DNA of 33,167 nucleotides from an uncultured Planctomycetaceae bacterium. GTDB lineage: Bacteria > Planctomycetota > Phycisphaerae > SM23-33. This document shows, in pieces, positions 14,528 through 23,552 of the stretch. The notes under the pieces were generated by a model, which saw nothing but the letters and a program-made list of their open reading frames with translations, had not been told where the DNA came from and did no database searches. Numbering within the stretch: the first letter of the stretch is position 1; each line of letters opens with the position of its first letter. Location of the stretch: positions 1 to 33,167 of the forward strand of contig CAYUYD010000003.1 in NCBI GenBank assembly GCA_964449105.1, written 5' to 3'. The position numbers and the translations under genes were made by a program.

Positions 14528-15891
14528 GGTGTTACTTCCTCGTAGGAACCCGGAACCGGTTCCAGCGCGAAGGGCTTTATGAATCCGGCGGCATTTGGGT
14601 CGGCGTTCAGCCGATCTACGAAGATGTCCACGTTACCCCCCACACTTGTCGGCAGGTCTTCCAGACCTATTACGGAACCTTTGACGGTTCCTTCGGCAGT
14701 ACCGGTGAAAGTCAACTGGTCGGCGGCGATTGAGCCGTTAATCGCAGAGAAATTTCCCGCGAAGGTTACTCCAAAGCCCGGCGCCAAAATGAATGTGCCC
14801 GTCTGCTGTTTGACATCGGAAAACTCCGACGTGTCGGGCAGGGCCTCGACTCCGTTAGCCACGACGCGGCCGGCGAACCTCAACTGGCAGGTGCTGATTG
14901 GTTCACCGCTTTCTTCGGTAACCACTATGCCGTTCAGCGTGCATTTGCCCTCAAACCGGACGTTGTTCGGCGACTCGATATAGACAACGCCGTTGAGCAC
15001 GACATCACTGGTGAAGTTCGGGTTCATCCCGGCAGGGATTAGCAGGTTGTTATATACGTCCTTGTTGGTCGGGTCGCTCGGCTGGAGGGTGTATGTCGCC
15101 AGGGCGGCGATCGGCGCAACGTCAATCTCCGGGAAATCCGGTCCTTGCACCCCGTTATGCACATGCTTGGCGATCTCGGCCAGGTCCTGGGTTCCGGCGA
15201 CTGTCGGGCTGCCGGATATGGACACGTAGGCGTCAGTTCCGGCGGCATAGAGGTCGCCGTCAACTTCGGCGTGCCCGGCCAGGCAGAGGGCGTCGAGATG
15301 CGAAGTCGTTACCGAGATGACGCTCGCTTCGGACGGATCGTTGACTCCCAGAATACGGGCGCTTCCGAAGATCGAAATCTGTCCGCGCGAAGCCAGGCCG
15401 TAATCAAATACCGCCGCCGGTTTGGACACGAGCATCAGGTCCATGACCAGGCAGCGTGTAACGCCGCCGAACGATCCGCTGACCTTCATTTGGCACCGGT
15501 CCGAATCCAACGGGGTGAACCAGCAGCGGAAGGACTTCCCCTCCACCTGTATATCGGGAACCAGGACGGACTCGCCGATAATGATCACTTGTCCGGCGGC
15601 GAGGTTGACCGTACCTTCCAGCCGATCGGCCAGAGCCTTCCTCATATTGACGCAAAATGTTTCTTCCGAGGTGCTTCCGGGCAACCTGACACTTTCGAGA
15701 ACGTTGAGCATAAACGCCAGCCCGCTCTCGGCGGCCATTTGCGCCCCGGCGGAGTTACGACAGTTGCTGCTTTTTTGCAGGTCCAGGTCGGTAGTTGAGG
15801 CAAAAGCCACCGCCAGCGTACTGAAAATCGCCAGCAGCAGAAGGGCCAGTACGTAGGCAAACCCATGATTGAATTTATTCGACGGTCCCAT
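14524..15891 (-). CDS. Large pseudopilin-associated protein (GspK/PilX-like, N-terminal TM anchor)
   Basis: ATG 15891 follows AAGGAGG. The N-terminus is MGPSNKFNHGFAYVLALLLLAIFSTLAVAFA. The gene sits between two pseudopilin genes. The remainder is G/V/T-rich and looks beta-rich. Confidence 0.6.
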   Translation of the reverse strand: MGPSNKFNHGFAYVLALLLLAIFSTLAVAFASTTDLDLQKSSNCRNSAGAQMAAESGLAFMLNVLESVRLPGSTSEETFCVNMRKALADRLEGTVNLAAGQVIIIGESVLVPDIQVEGKSFRCWFTPLDSDRCQMKVSGSFGGVTRCLVMDLMLVSKPAAVFDYGLASRGQISIFGSARILGVNDPSEASVISVTTSHLDALCLAGHAEVDGDLYAAGTDAYVSISGSPTVAGTQDLAEIAKHVHNGVQGPDFPEIDVAPIAALATYTLQPSDPTNKDVYNNLLIPAGMNPNFTSDVVLNGVVYIESPNNVRFEGKCTLNGIVVTEESGEPISTCQLRFAGRVVANGVEALPDTSEFSDVKQQTGTFILAPGFGVTFAGNFSAINGSIAADQLTFTGTAEGTVKGSVIGLEDLPTSVGGNVDIFVDRLNADPNAAGFIKPFALEPVPGSYEEVTP

Positions 15892-15893
15892 CC

Positions 15894-16409
15894 CTAATTC
15901 CTCCTTGTAACAAGCCATCCGGTCGTAAGCACAGGCTGACTCCCGTGCGAAACTAAAACTTCGACATATATCATCTCGCTCGCTCCATTGGCGACGGTCG
16001 CCGAGAGGTTATCCGGGTTCCGCCATGTCAGCGTAATCTTCTGCGACCAGCCCGGCATGTCGGTAAGCGCCTGACCGGTTCCGTTTCTCGGCGGGCTGTA
16101 GGTTACGCCCGCCAGGTCGTCCAGATCATCGACGAACGTCTGCGGGTTTTCCCATCCGTCCGGACCGGGGGGATTATCGGGTGTTTCAGGGTCCAGGAAA
16201 GGCAGTTTCAGCGTCCACTCGCGGATTTCCTGTCCCAGGTTAATCGCATGGGTAATTTCCCTGGCACTGGCGTTGACCTGTGTGCCGGACTTCGTCGCGA
16301 CCATCATCGCCGAGACCCCCACGCCCACAAGGACAGATGCAATCAGGGCCTCTATGAGCGTAAAACCGCTCCGGCTGGCATGGCTTCGCTGCCCTGTTCG
16401 CGCCGACAT
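15894..16409 (-). CDS. Prepilin-type N-terminal cleavage/methylation domain protein (GspI/H-like pseudopilin)
   Basis: ATG 16409 follows GGAGGG. The N-terminus is MSARTGQRSHASRSGFTLIEALIASVLVGVGV. The longer 16739 start would overlap gspF. Confidence 0.8.
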   Translation of the reverse strand: MSARTGQRSHASRSGFTLIEALIASVLVGVGVSAMMVATKSGTQVNASAREITHAINLGQEIREWTLKLPFLDPETPDNPPGPDGWENPQTFVDDLDDLAGVTYSPPRNGTGQALTDMPGWSQKITLTWRNPDNLSATVANGASEMIYVEVLVSHGSQPVLTTGWLVTRRN

Positions 16410-16441
16410 TGAATCAACCCTCCAAAAATACAACTTTAGTC

Positions 16442-17668
16442 CTATTTCACCAACTGCGACATCTTGAAGATTGGGAGAATTATGCTCATGGCGATAAAAC
16501 CGACGAGAAAACCCATCAGGACGATCATCAACGGTTCGATCATCGCCGTTACCGCCTTGATAACGTTCCTCAGTTCCCGGGCGTAATATTCGGCTACGTC
16601 GGTAAGCACCTCTGCAAGTTTTCCGGATTCCTCCCCGGCGGAGATCATCTGAACGACGTTTCTGGGCAACAGGCCGTGCCTGGACAACGGTCCGGCGATC
16701 TGCTTTCCGCCCTTGACAGACTGGTGAACCGTCATCCACATCTGCCTGAAAAGCGTATTACCGGAAACCTCCGCTGTGATATTAATAGTCTCAAGCATGG
16801 GCACGCCGGCATTGACCATCTCGCCCATAGTCTGGAGCCCTCGCGTGATGTACAACGCGCGGAAGACCTTCTTCAGCAGCGGCAGGCGAAGTTTGGTCAT
16901 GTCCCACCACTTGCAGCCGAAAGGCGTGCGGATGAAGTACCAGCCCCCCCCCACCAGTGTGCATACCGTTGCGACTACAACGTACCAGTAGCCTCGCAAA
17001 AACGCACTGGTCGCCAGAAGCAGCGTCGTCGGCATCGGAAGCAGGTGTTCCTTACCGGCGAAGAGCGTCGTGAACTTCGGCAATACGAAGGTCAGCAGGA
17101 AAATGGTCGTAGAAATCGCCATCACCGCGATAATAATCGGGTACACCATCGCCCCGCGAATCATTGAACGCGTCTCAATCTGCTGATACAGGTAAGCGGA
17201 AATCCGCTCCAGCATGTGCCCGAAATTGCCTGACATCTCAGAGGCCTTGACCATGTTGACGTAAAGCGGGCTGAACACCTTCGGATGCCTGGCCAGTGCC
17301 TCTGAAAACGGCTTGCCCGACTCGAGGTCTTCGCGGATCTTGTGCAGAATCTTACGGAACGCCGGGTTCTCAACCTGCTCGGCGATGCTCTCGGTCGCGC
17401 CTCGAATGTCGATACCGGCTTTAATCATTACAGACAACTGATTGGTGAAGGTGAAAACATCCTTAGGCCCCGGGCCAAAATTTATGCTGAATGTTCGGAT
17501 ACGTTCAAAAAGCGACTTTCCGCTCGACTTCGTCGGGGAAATATCCAGCAGGTATCCCGCATCCTGATTTCGGACCATTACCGCCGCCTCGGTGAGACTG
17601 CCGGCGGCGATCTCGCCGCCCATTACCCCGCCTCCCTGACCCCTCAACTGATACTGATACATCGGCAT
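16442..17668 (-). CDS. gspF: Type II secretion / type IV pilus platform protein (GspF/PilC family)
   Basis: This 408-aa polytopic protein has duplicated T2SSF-type regions (FTNQLSVMIKAGIDI..., RALYITRGLQTMGEMVNAGVPMLETI...). Confidence 0.9.
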   Translation of the reverse strand: MPMYQYQLRGQGGGVMGGEIAAGSLTEAAVMVRNQDAGYLLDISPTKSSGKSLFERIRTFSINFGPGPKDVFTFTNQLSVMIKAGIDIRGATESIAEQVENPAFRKILHKIREDLESGKPFSEALARHPKVFSPLYVNMVKASEMSGNFGHMLERISAYLYQQIETRSMIRGAMVYPIIIAVMAISTTIFLLTFVLPKFTTLFAGKEHLLPMPTTLLLATSAFLRGYWYVVVATVCTLVGGGWYFIRTPFGCKWWDMTKLRLPLLKKVFRALYITRGLQTMGEMVNAGVPMLETINITAEVSGNTLFRQMWMTVHQSVKGGKQIAGPLSRHGLLPRNVVQMISAGEESGKLAEVLTDVAEYYARELRNVIKAVTAMIEPLMIVLMGFLVGFIAMSIILPIFKMSQLVK

Positions 17669-17907
17669 CGCTTTTTACCTCCGCCGCACCGGCAACTTCT
17701 CGTGAACAGACAAAATCCGCTTTGATAACCCCAATTAAAGCCTACGATTCGCATGGGGGAGGGGCAAATCTGCGTAATTTTTCCCGTTCAGGGCGTTTTC
17801 TGCGGGTGGCGCAGGTCCCGCAAGGGATGCTGCGAATTTTCAACCTGTGCCGCCATGGTTACAGAATTGTTTTAACTGCTGATACCTCGTAAAATTACCC
17901 CACAGAA

Positions 17908-19275
17908 ATGATGATGCAAAACCAACAAAATCCGTCAAAAATGCTTTTTCGTTTCAGTCTCTACGGCTTCCTGAAAAATCAGCAGTACTACGACCCGTTC
18001 CTTATACTTTTTTTCCGTCAGGCGGGCTTGAGTTTTTCCCTTATTGGGCTGCTGGTCGGTTTCCGTGAATTGCTTATCAACATTTTCGAGGTTCCCAGCG
18101 GGGCTTTGGCGGACCTTTACGGTCGGCGGCGGTGCATGATGTTCAGTTTCTGCGCGTTCATCGCTTCTTTCGCCGTCTTTGCATTCTCTTCGGGAATGTG
18201 GCATTTCTTCGCGGCGATGGCATTGTTCGCTCTCGGCGACGCCTTTCGCACCGGCACGCACAAGGCCATGATCTTCGGCTATCTCGTGTTCGAAGGGCGA
18301 AGCGATGAAAAAACCAGGTATTACGGTACGACGCGGGCGTTCTCGAAAATCGGTTCGGCTGTTTCCGTTGTCATCGCCTCGGCGATAGTGTTCGGCGCAG
18401 CGGGCCTTCAGACCGGCGCAGACCTGGCTGTGTACAAATACCTATTCCTCGCCAGTATCGTCCCCTATGTTGCCGGTCTGATTAACTTCGCCGGTTATCC
18501 CGATCACCTCGATGGTCCCGGCGGGCGGGCTGTTTCGGCCAGGCAGGTTCTCGGGCACCTGTACCGCGTCGGCAGGCAGACGCTGAAGGCTTCTCGCATG
18601 CGCGGGCTGATGATTGAGTCGATGGGGTTTGATGGAACCTACAAGGTCGCGAAGGACTATCTCCAGCCGGTCATAAAGATCGCCGCCCTGTCGCTTCCCT
18701 GTTTTGCGGGATTGGGAAATATCCAACGGACGGCGGGGCTTATTTTGGTTGTATATGTCGTGCTCCATCTTTTTGAGAGCCTGGCCTCCCGACGCAGCGA
18801 TACATTACGCAGGTATTCCGGCGGAAGCGAGCGAAGCGCGACGTTTCTATGGTGGGCGAATCTGTTTATCTTCGCCGCCATTGCCGCGGGGCTTGGGTTG
18901 GACTTTTGTCTTGGCGAAACGGCGGCGGGATTGGGGCTGGCTGTAGCGATAGTCGGTTTCCTGGTTCTGGCGGTGATTCAGAACCTCTGGTGTCCTATAC
19001 AAATCGGTCGATTCAACGCCGCCAGCGACCCCGCAGACGGGGCGACCGTCTTGAGTATAGAATCTCAGGTTACAAGCCTGTCGGCGGCGATTCTCGCGCC
19101 GCTTCTGGGTCTGGCGGTGGACTGGGTCGGATCATTAAGCCGGCCGGGCGGAAAAGGGGTTTCGTTTGTCCCCGTCGCGCTGACCGGGCTGGGAATTACC
19201 GCGGCGATGATTGTCTTTCGCCGGCAGGCGGTCCGACGGAACAATTCTTCACAAGCACCGGATGACAACGTATAA
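17908..19275 (+). CDS. MFS transporter
   Basis: The 455-aa protein has about 12 hydrophobic segments and an MFS loop motif GALADLYGRRR. Confidence 0.85.
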   Translation: MMMQNQQNPSKMLFRFSLYGFLKNQQYYDPFLILFFRQAGLSFSLIGLLVGFRELLINIFEVPSGALADLYGRRRCMMFSFCAFIASFAVFAFSSGMWHFFAAMALFALGDAFRTGTHKAMIFGYLVFEGRSDEKTRYYGTTRAFSKIGSAVSVVIASAIVFGAAGLQTGADLAVYKYLFLASIVPYVAGLINFAGYPDHLDGPGGRAVSARQVLGHLYRVGRQTLKASRMRGLMIESMGFDGTYKVAKDYLQPVIKIAALSLPCFAGLGNIQRTAGLILVVYVVLHLFESLASRRSDTLRRYSGGSERSATFLWWANLFIFAAIAAGLGLDFCLGETAAGLGLAVAIVGFLVLAVIQNLWCPIQIGRFNAASDPADGATVLSIESQVTSLSAAILAPLLGLAVDWVGSLSRPGGKGVSFVPVALTGLGITAAMIVFRRQAVRRNNSSQAPDDNV

Positions 19276-19354
19276 TCCACTCGCCGTTTATCGTCGCCGT
19301 GCCGGCGACGGCTAAACGAGTTACCGGCGCCGAATCCTGATACGAGGTTTTGAC

Positions 19355-19882
19355 ATGGCAAGGCATCAAAAACGCATAGTTGTTTTCCCGGGCACCTTCG
19401 ACCCGATCACCAACGGGCATCTTGACGTAATTCAGCGCGGGCGGAAACTTTTCGACGAACTCATCGTCGCCGTTGGAACCAATCCCGAAAAGCAGACGCT
19501 CTTCAGCCTGAATGAACGGGTCGAACTGATCCGCAAGGTTCTGGCCGATTACCCTGACGTCCGCGTGGAGGCATTCGAGGGGCTGACCGTGGACTTCGCC
19601 GGGAAGATCGGCGCAGAGGCCATTCTTCGCGGCATCCGAAACAGTTCTGACCTGCAGTTTGAGTTCCAGGTCGCCCTGACCAACCGTGTCGTAGCCGGCG
19701 TGGAGACGATATTCATTATGACCAACCCGGATTTTGCGTTCACCTCCTCGTCGCTGATAAAGCAGATAGCCTCGATGGGCGGGGACGTCTCCGCCCTGAT
19801 TCCGACGCCGGTGATGGATGCCATCCTGGCCAAGCGCAGCGGAATTGCCAGCAGCGACCATCATCTGGAAGAAACCGGATAA
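19355..19882 (+). CDS. coaD: Phosphopantetheine adenylyltransferase
   Basis: KRIVVFPGTFDPITNGHLDVIQRG and the downstream SSSLIKQI are typical of CoaD. Confidence 0.92.
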   Translation: MARHQKRIVVFPGTFDPITNGHLDVIQRGRKLFDELIVAVGTNPEKQTLFSLNERVELIRKVLADYPDVRVEAFEGLTVDFAGKIGAEAILRGIRNSSDLQFEFQVALTNRVVAGVETIFIMTNPDFAFTSSSLIKQIASMGGDVSALIPTPVMDAILAKRSGIASSDHHLEETG

Positions 19883-19887
19883 GAAGA

Positions 19888-19982
19888 AAAATAGCAGGAT
19901 TACAGGGATTTTGAGATTATATTGATTGAAACAAAGAAAAATCCCTATAATCCAATAATTAATCCTCGTAATTCCGCTCTGT
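19888..19982. repeat. Intergenic inverted repeat, family 1 copy B (degenerate)
   Basis: The left arm AAAATAGCAGGATTACAGGGATTTTGAGATT pairs with AATCCCTATAATCC...AATCCTCGTAATTCCGCTCT. It begins 6 nt after the coaD stop. Confidence 0.65.
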
Positions 19983-20047
19983 TCTGCTGACTGTAACGGA
20001 CGACGTTTGAATTTTCCAAATACTGTGCAATCTTTGTTGTAATCATC

Positions 20048-20160
20048 AAAAAAAAGACGGCATCAGGGGAGGGGAGCCTGATACCGTCTAATAACTCGGC
20101 CAAGGGAGGGAGCCCGGCCGAGGAGCCTCATATTCTTCGCTGTGCTTCCACTCCTACAGC
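20048..20160 (-). ncRNA. Candidate small RNA (~110 nt) with CU-rich hairpin loops and an intrinsic terminator
   Basis: The minus strand reads CGCTGT-aggagtggaagc-ACAGCG, then CTCGGCC-gggctccctccctt-GGCCGAG, then ACGGTATCAGG-ctcccctcc-CCTGATGCCGT followed by TTTTTTTT. It lies directly downstream of a near-consensus promoter. There is no ORF. Confidence 0.55.
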
Positions 20161-20164
20161 GTGT

Positions 20165-20193
20165 ATTCTATCGCTTTAAGAAAAATCTGTCAA
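20165..20193 (-). promoter_or_regulatory. Near-consensus sigma70-type promoter TTGACA-17-TAGAAT (minus strand) driving the sRNA candidate
   Basis: The minus strand reads TTGACAgatttttcttaaagcgaTAGAAT, with -35 at 20193-20188 and -10 at 20170-20165. It lies 66 nt downstream of the nadD stop. Confidence 0.55.
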
Positions 20194-20258
20194 GCAGAAA
20201 AACCACTATTTTCACCGATTTTATAAAATATTTTCTCCGGCAAGCCGACGGGCACGAT

Positions 20259-20900
20259 TCAACCCGCCCCATAAAGACCCCGTTTGCGAATGTAATTTAT
20301 TATGGTATCGGGTGTTAAATACTTCACCGACTTTGCTGTTTCGGCGGCGAGTCGGAGGCGGATATTCGTGCTGGATATGTCAATAAGTGGTGTCGAAATC
20401 ACGCCATCGGCCAGGCGGGATACCTGTTCTTTGGTGAAGTGGTCCCGCAGACCCTTAAGCACCGCAGGGATACGCTCGCTGTATGGCGGACGGGCGGCTG
20501 TGATGACCCTCGCCATTTCAATCACCTCTTCGGCATTGCGCCACGTCGGCAGGTCCTCGAGCATGTCGGCTCCGATTATCCAGTGCAGGTCCGCATCATG
20601 CCCATATTGTCGGCGGAGCGACGTCAGGGTATCGACTGTATAACTCGGCCCATCCCGCCGTAACTCGATGTCGCTTACGTCGAACATTTCCGAACCGGCC
20701 ACGACCAGACGGACCATTTCCAGGCGGTCGGCCGCCGGGGCGGATTTATGTTGGGATGCGCCCTTGTGCGGCGGGACCATCGCCGGCATGAATGTTACCT
20801 TGCGAAACCCGAAATGCTCGGCCACTGCCCTGGCTGTAATGAGATGCCCGTGATGGATCGGGTCGAACGTCCCGCCGAAAATGACAATTCGTTCAGCCAT
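20259..20900 (-). CDS. nadD: Nicotinate-nucleotide adenylyltransferase
   Basis: IVIFGGTFDPIHHGHL and the downstream ISSTNIR motif match NadD. The gene overlaps the upstream malic enzyme gene by 8 nt. Confidence 0.9.
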   Translation of the reverse strand: MAERIVIFGGTFDPIHHGHLITARAVAEHFGFRKVTFMPAMVPPHKGASQHKSAPAADRLEMVRLVVAGSEMFDVSDIELRRDGPSYTVDTLTSLRRQYGHDADLHWIIGADMLEDLPTWRNAEEVIEMARVITAARPPYSERIPAVLKGLRDHFTKEQVSRLADGVISTPLIDISSTNIRLRLAAETAKSVKYLTPDTIINYIRKRGLYGAG

Positions 20901-22350
20901 TGGTTTTGCCCATCAGGTCGTCAACATCCGGAATCGGACCGGCCGGTGCTCTGCTGACGCCGTCCTTTTCGGCGGCGTCCGCTACGGCGCGGGCGACGGC
21001 AGGAGCCACACGCGACTCGAATGCGGATGGAATGATGTAATCGCTTCGCAGTTCATCATCGCTAATCACCGCCGCGATCGCTGCCGCTGCCGCCATCTTC
21101 ATGCCCTCGGTGATGCAGGACGCTCGGCAGTCCAGTGCGCCGCGAAAGACGCCGGGGAAGGCCAAGACGTTGTTAATCTGGTTGGGGTAATCGCTCCGAC
21201 CGGTCGCCATTATGGCTGCGTGAGGAAGGGCGTCCTCCGGCTGGATTTCCGGGTCCGGATTCGACATGGCGAAGACTATTGCGTTATCGGCCATACTCCT
21301 GACGTCATCAACGGTCAGCGTACCGGGACCTGATACGCCGATAAAAACGTCCGCACCGGCGATTACGTCGGACAGCGAGCCTTTCAGCCCGTCCGGGTTG
21401 GTGTATTCGGCGTACTGCTGCTTGGACGGATTCATATGCTCGCTCCGGCCCTTGTAAATCGCCCCGGCGCGGTCGCATCCGATGATGTTCTTCGCACCGG
21501 CAGCCATGAGCAGACGAGTGCACGCCACACCGGCGGCGCCGGCCCCGCCGAAAACGATCTTCAGCGAGGCGATGTCCTTATCGACGATCTTCAGGGCGTT
21601 GGTCAGCGCCGCCAAAACAACGATGGCTGTACCGTGCTGGTCGTCGTGGAAGACCGGGATGTCAAGTTCGTCCCGTAATCGCTGCTCAATCTCGAAGCAT
21701 CGCGGGGCAGAGATGTCCTCCAGATTAATCCCGCCGAAGGTCGGCGCAATGGCCTTGACGATTGCGACGATTTCGTCCGGTTCGTGGGCGTCCAGGCATA
21801 TCGGTATGGCGTCCACGCCGCCGAACTGTTTGAAGAGCAACGCCTTTCCTTCCATTACCGGCATCGCCGCCAGCGGTCCCAGGTCGCCCAGACCGAGGAT
21901 GGCGCTGCCGTCGGTAACCACTGCCACGGTGTTGCATCTTATCGTCAGCCGGTATCCACGCCGCGGGTCTTCGTGAACTGCCCGGCAGACCCGCGCGACG
22001 CCCGGCGTATAAAGACGGGACAGGTCGTCCGAATCGCACAGCGGATACCGCCCGGCAATCTCCATTTTGCCGCCCTCATGACAGGCAAAGGTCATGTCTT
22101 CGACGGACAGGACCTCGACGTTTTCGACGGCCCGTAGTGCAGAGACGATTTTTCGCTGGTGGTCAACGTCCCGCGCACTGATGTCCACGTCGCGGACTAC
22201 GTATTCCCTTGTTTCATCGATAATTGTAACGTCCCCGACGTCCCCGCCGACATCGCCGATGGCCGAGGCGACGCTTCCGAACATCCCAGGCCGCTTAGGT
22301 ATCCCAAGCCGAACCGTAATACCGTATGCCGGACTGCAAACTCGCTTCAT
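20893..22350 (-). CDS. NAD(P)-dependent malic enzyme with N-terminal ACT domain
   Basis: The ACT-like N-terminus is ITVRLGIPKRPGMFGSVASAIGDVGGDV. It is followed by LYTPGVARVC, VAVVTDGSAILGLGDLG, MPVMEGKALLFKQFGGVD and VFGGAGAAG. Confidence 0.9.
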   Translation of the reverse strand: MKRVCSPAYGITVRLGIPKRPGMFGSVASAIGDVGGDVGDVTIIDETREYVVRDVDISARDVDHQRKIVSALRAVENVEVLSVEDMTFACHEGGKMEIAGRYPLCDSDDLSRLYTPGVARVCRAVHEDPRRGYRLTIRCNTVAVVTDGSAILGLGDLGPLAAMPVMEGKALLFKQFGGVDAIPICLDAHEPDEIVAIVKAIAPTFGGINLEDISAPRCFEIEQRLRDELDIPVFHDDQHGTAIVVLAALTNALKIVDKDIASLKIVFGGAGAAGVACTRLLMAAGAKNIIGCDRAGAIYKGRSEHMNPSKQQYAEYTNPDGLKGSLSDVIAGADVFIGVSGPGTLTVDDVRSMADNAIVFAMSNPDPEIQPEDALPHAAIMATGRSDYPNQINNVLAFPGVFRGALDCRASCITEGMKMAAAAAIAAVISDDELRSDYIIPSAFESRVAPAVARAVADAAEKDGVSRAPAGPIPDVDDLMGKTNG

Positions 22351-22439
22351 AAACTCTCGTCTCCTGCCGTCGAAGAATAGCCGCGAACCATGCGAACAAA
22401 AAGAAAATTATCGCAAAGCCGAGCAGACCCCGCACCGGC

Positions 22440-23552
22440 CTATGGTGCCGACAGCACGTACCGCAGCAGCACGTCGTCGTCTATCTGCTCAACCTGAGGC
22501 CGGGGCAGGCTGAACGCCTCATCGATGCCGTCAATGTCCGCCCAGTCCACCGGCCCGAGACTTCCCGGGCCGCCGATGATCTTCGGGGCGATAAATACCA
22601 GCAATTCGTCCGCCATGCCTTGGGCAAGAAATTCGCTGTGCACATTCCGCCCGCCCTCGACCAGAAGATATGTCCACTGTTGCCGTCCCAGTTCTTTCAG
22701 CAGCGCCGACAGGTCCACCCCGCCCCGCCCCGCCGGAAGTGTCAGCACTTCCGCACCGGCGCGGGTAAGGGTTTTTAATGCGTCCGGCGGCGCATCCTGT
22801 CGTGTCGCTATAATTACCGGCGCAACGTCAATGCTCCGCATCAGCCTGCAATCCGGCGAAATCTCCAGATTCCCGTCTAAAATCAGTCTTATCGGCTGCC
22901 CGCCTGAACCGTTTCGATTGGTCAGAAGCGGGTCGTCGGCGCGGACTGTTCCCACACCGACGCAAATGCCGTCGCATAGACTGCGGATTTCGTGAACCCG
23001 TCGGCGGGACGATTCGCCCGTAATCCACTTGCTGCCGCCCGTGTGCGTGGCGATCTTTCCGTCGAGGCTCTGCGCCCATTTGCAGATGACCCACGGCATT
23101 CCCTTTGTTCGCAGTTTTGTATATGCCGAAAGGAGTTTCCGGGCCTCCGCTTCCATTACGCCGGTTACGACCTCGATACCCGCCTCTCGCAGGGCTGACA
23201 GCCCCCCGCCGGCGACATTGGGATCGGGGTCTTCCATCGCAGCCACGACGCGCGTGATACCGGCGGCGATGACGGCCTCGGTGCATGGCGGGGTCTTTCC
23301 GTGCCGGCAGCAGGGTTCGAGCGTAACGTACATCGTCGCCCCGGCTGGGTCTGCCCCTGCGGCGCGAGCGGCGGCGATGGCTTCAACTTCGGCGTGCGGG
23401 CCGCCGAATTGCTTGTGCCATCCCTCGCCGATAATACGCCCGTTGCGGACGATTACCGCACCGACCATCGGGTTCGGCTCGACGCTCCCCCTGCCCCGCC
23501 GGGCCAAGTCCAACGCGCGGGACATGAATTGTTCATCTGTGCCGGCAGTCAC
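22440..23552 (-). CDS. ribD: Bifunctional riboflavin biosynthesis protein RibD (deaminase/reductase)
   Basis: FMSRALDLARRGRGSVEPNPMVGAVIV, HAEVEAI and TLEPCCRHGKTPPC are present, along with a C-terminal reductase domain. The GTG start at 23552 overlaps the xylA stop by 1 nt; ATG 23525 is an alternative. Confidence 0.9.
   Translation of the reverse strand: MTAGTDEQFMSRALDLARRGRGSVEPNPMVGAVIVRNGRIIGEGWHKQFGGPHAEVEAIAAARAAGADPAGATMYVTLEPCCRHGKTPPCTEAVIAAGITRVVAAMEDPDPNVAGGGLSALREAGIEVVTGVMEAEARKLLSAYTKLRTKGMPWVICKWAQSLDGKIATHTGGSKWITGESSRRRVHEIRSLCDGICVGVGTVRADDPLLTNRNGSGGQPIRLILDGNLEISPDCRLMRSIDVAPVIIATRQDAPPDALKTLTRAGAEVLTLPAGRGGVDLSALLKELGRQQWTYLLVEGGRNVHSEFLAQGMADELLVFIAPKIIGGPGSLGPVDWADIDGIDEAFSLPRPQVEQIDDDVLLRYVLSAP

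Noticed and set aside
16410-16739. N-terminal 110-codon extension of the pseudopilin ORF
   Set aside because: It overlaps the 3' end of gspF and is Arg/Gly/Asp-rich. The prepilin leader plus GFTLIE motif starts at ATG 16409, which has a GGAGGG RBS.
20056-20122. Plus-strand reading of the two hairpins as GGA-loop (CsrB/RsmY-like) RNA
   Set aside because: On the plus strand the A8 run precedes the hairpins and there is no promoter or terminator. On the minus strand the same hairpins are framed by a consensus promoter and a U8 terminator, so the minus-strand interpretation is preferred.
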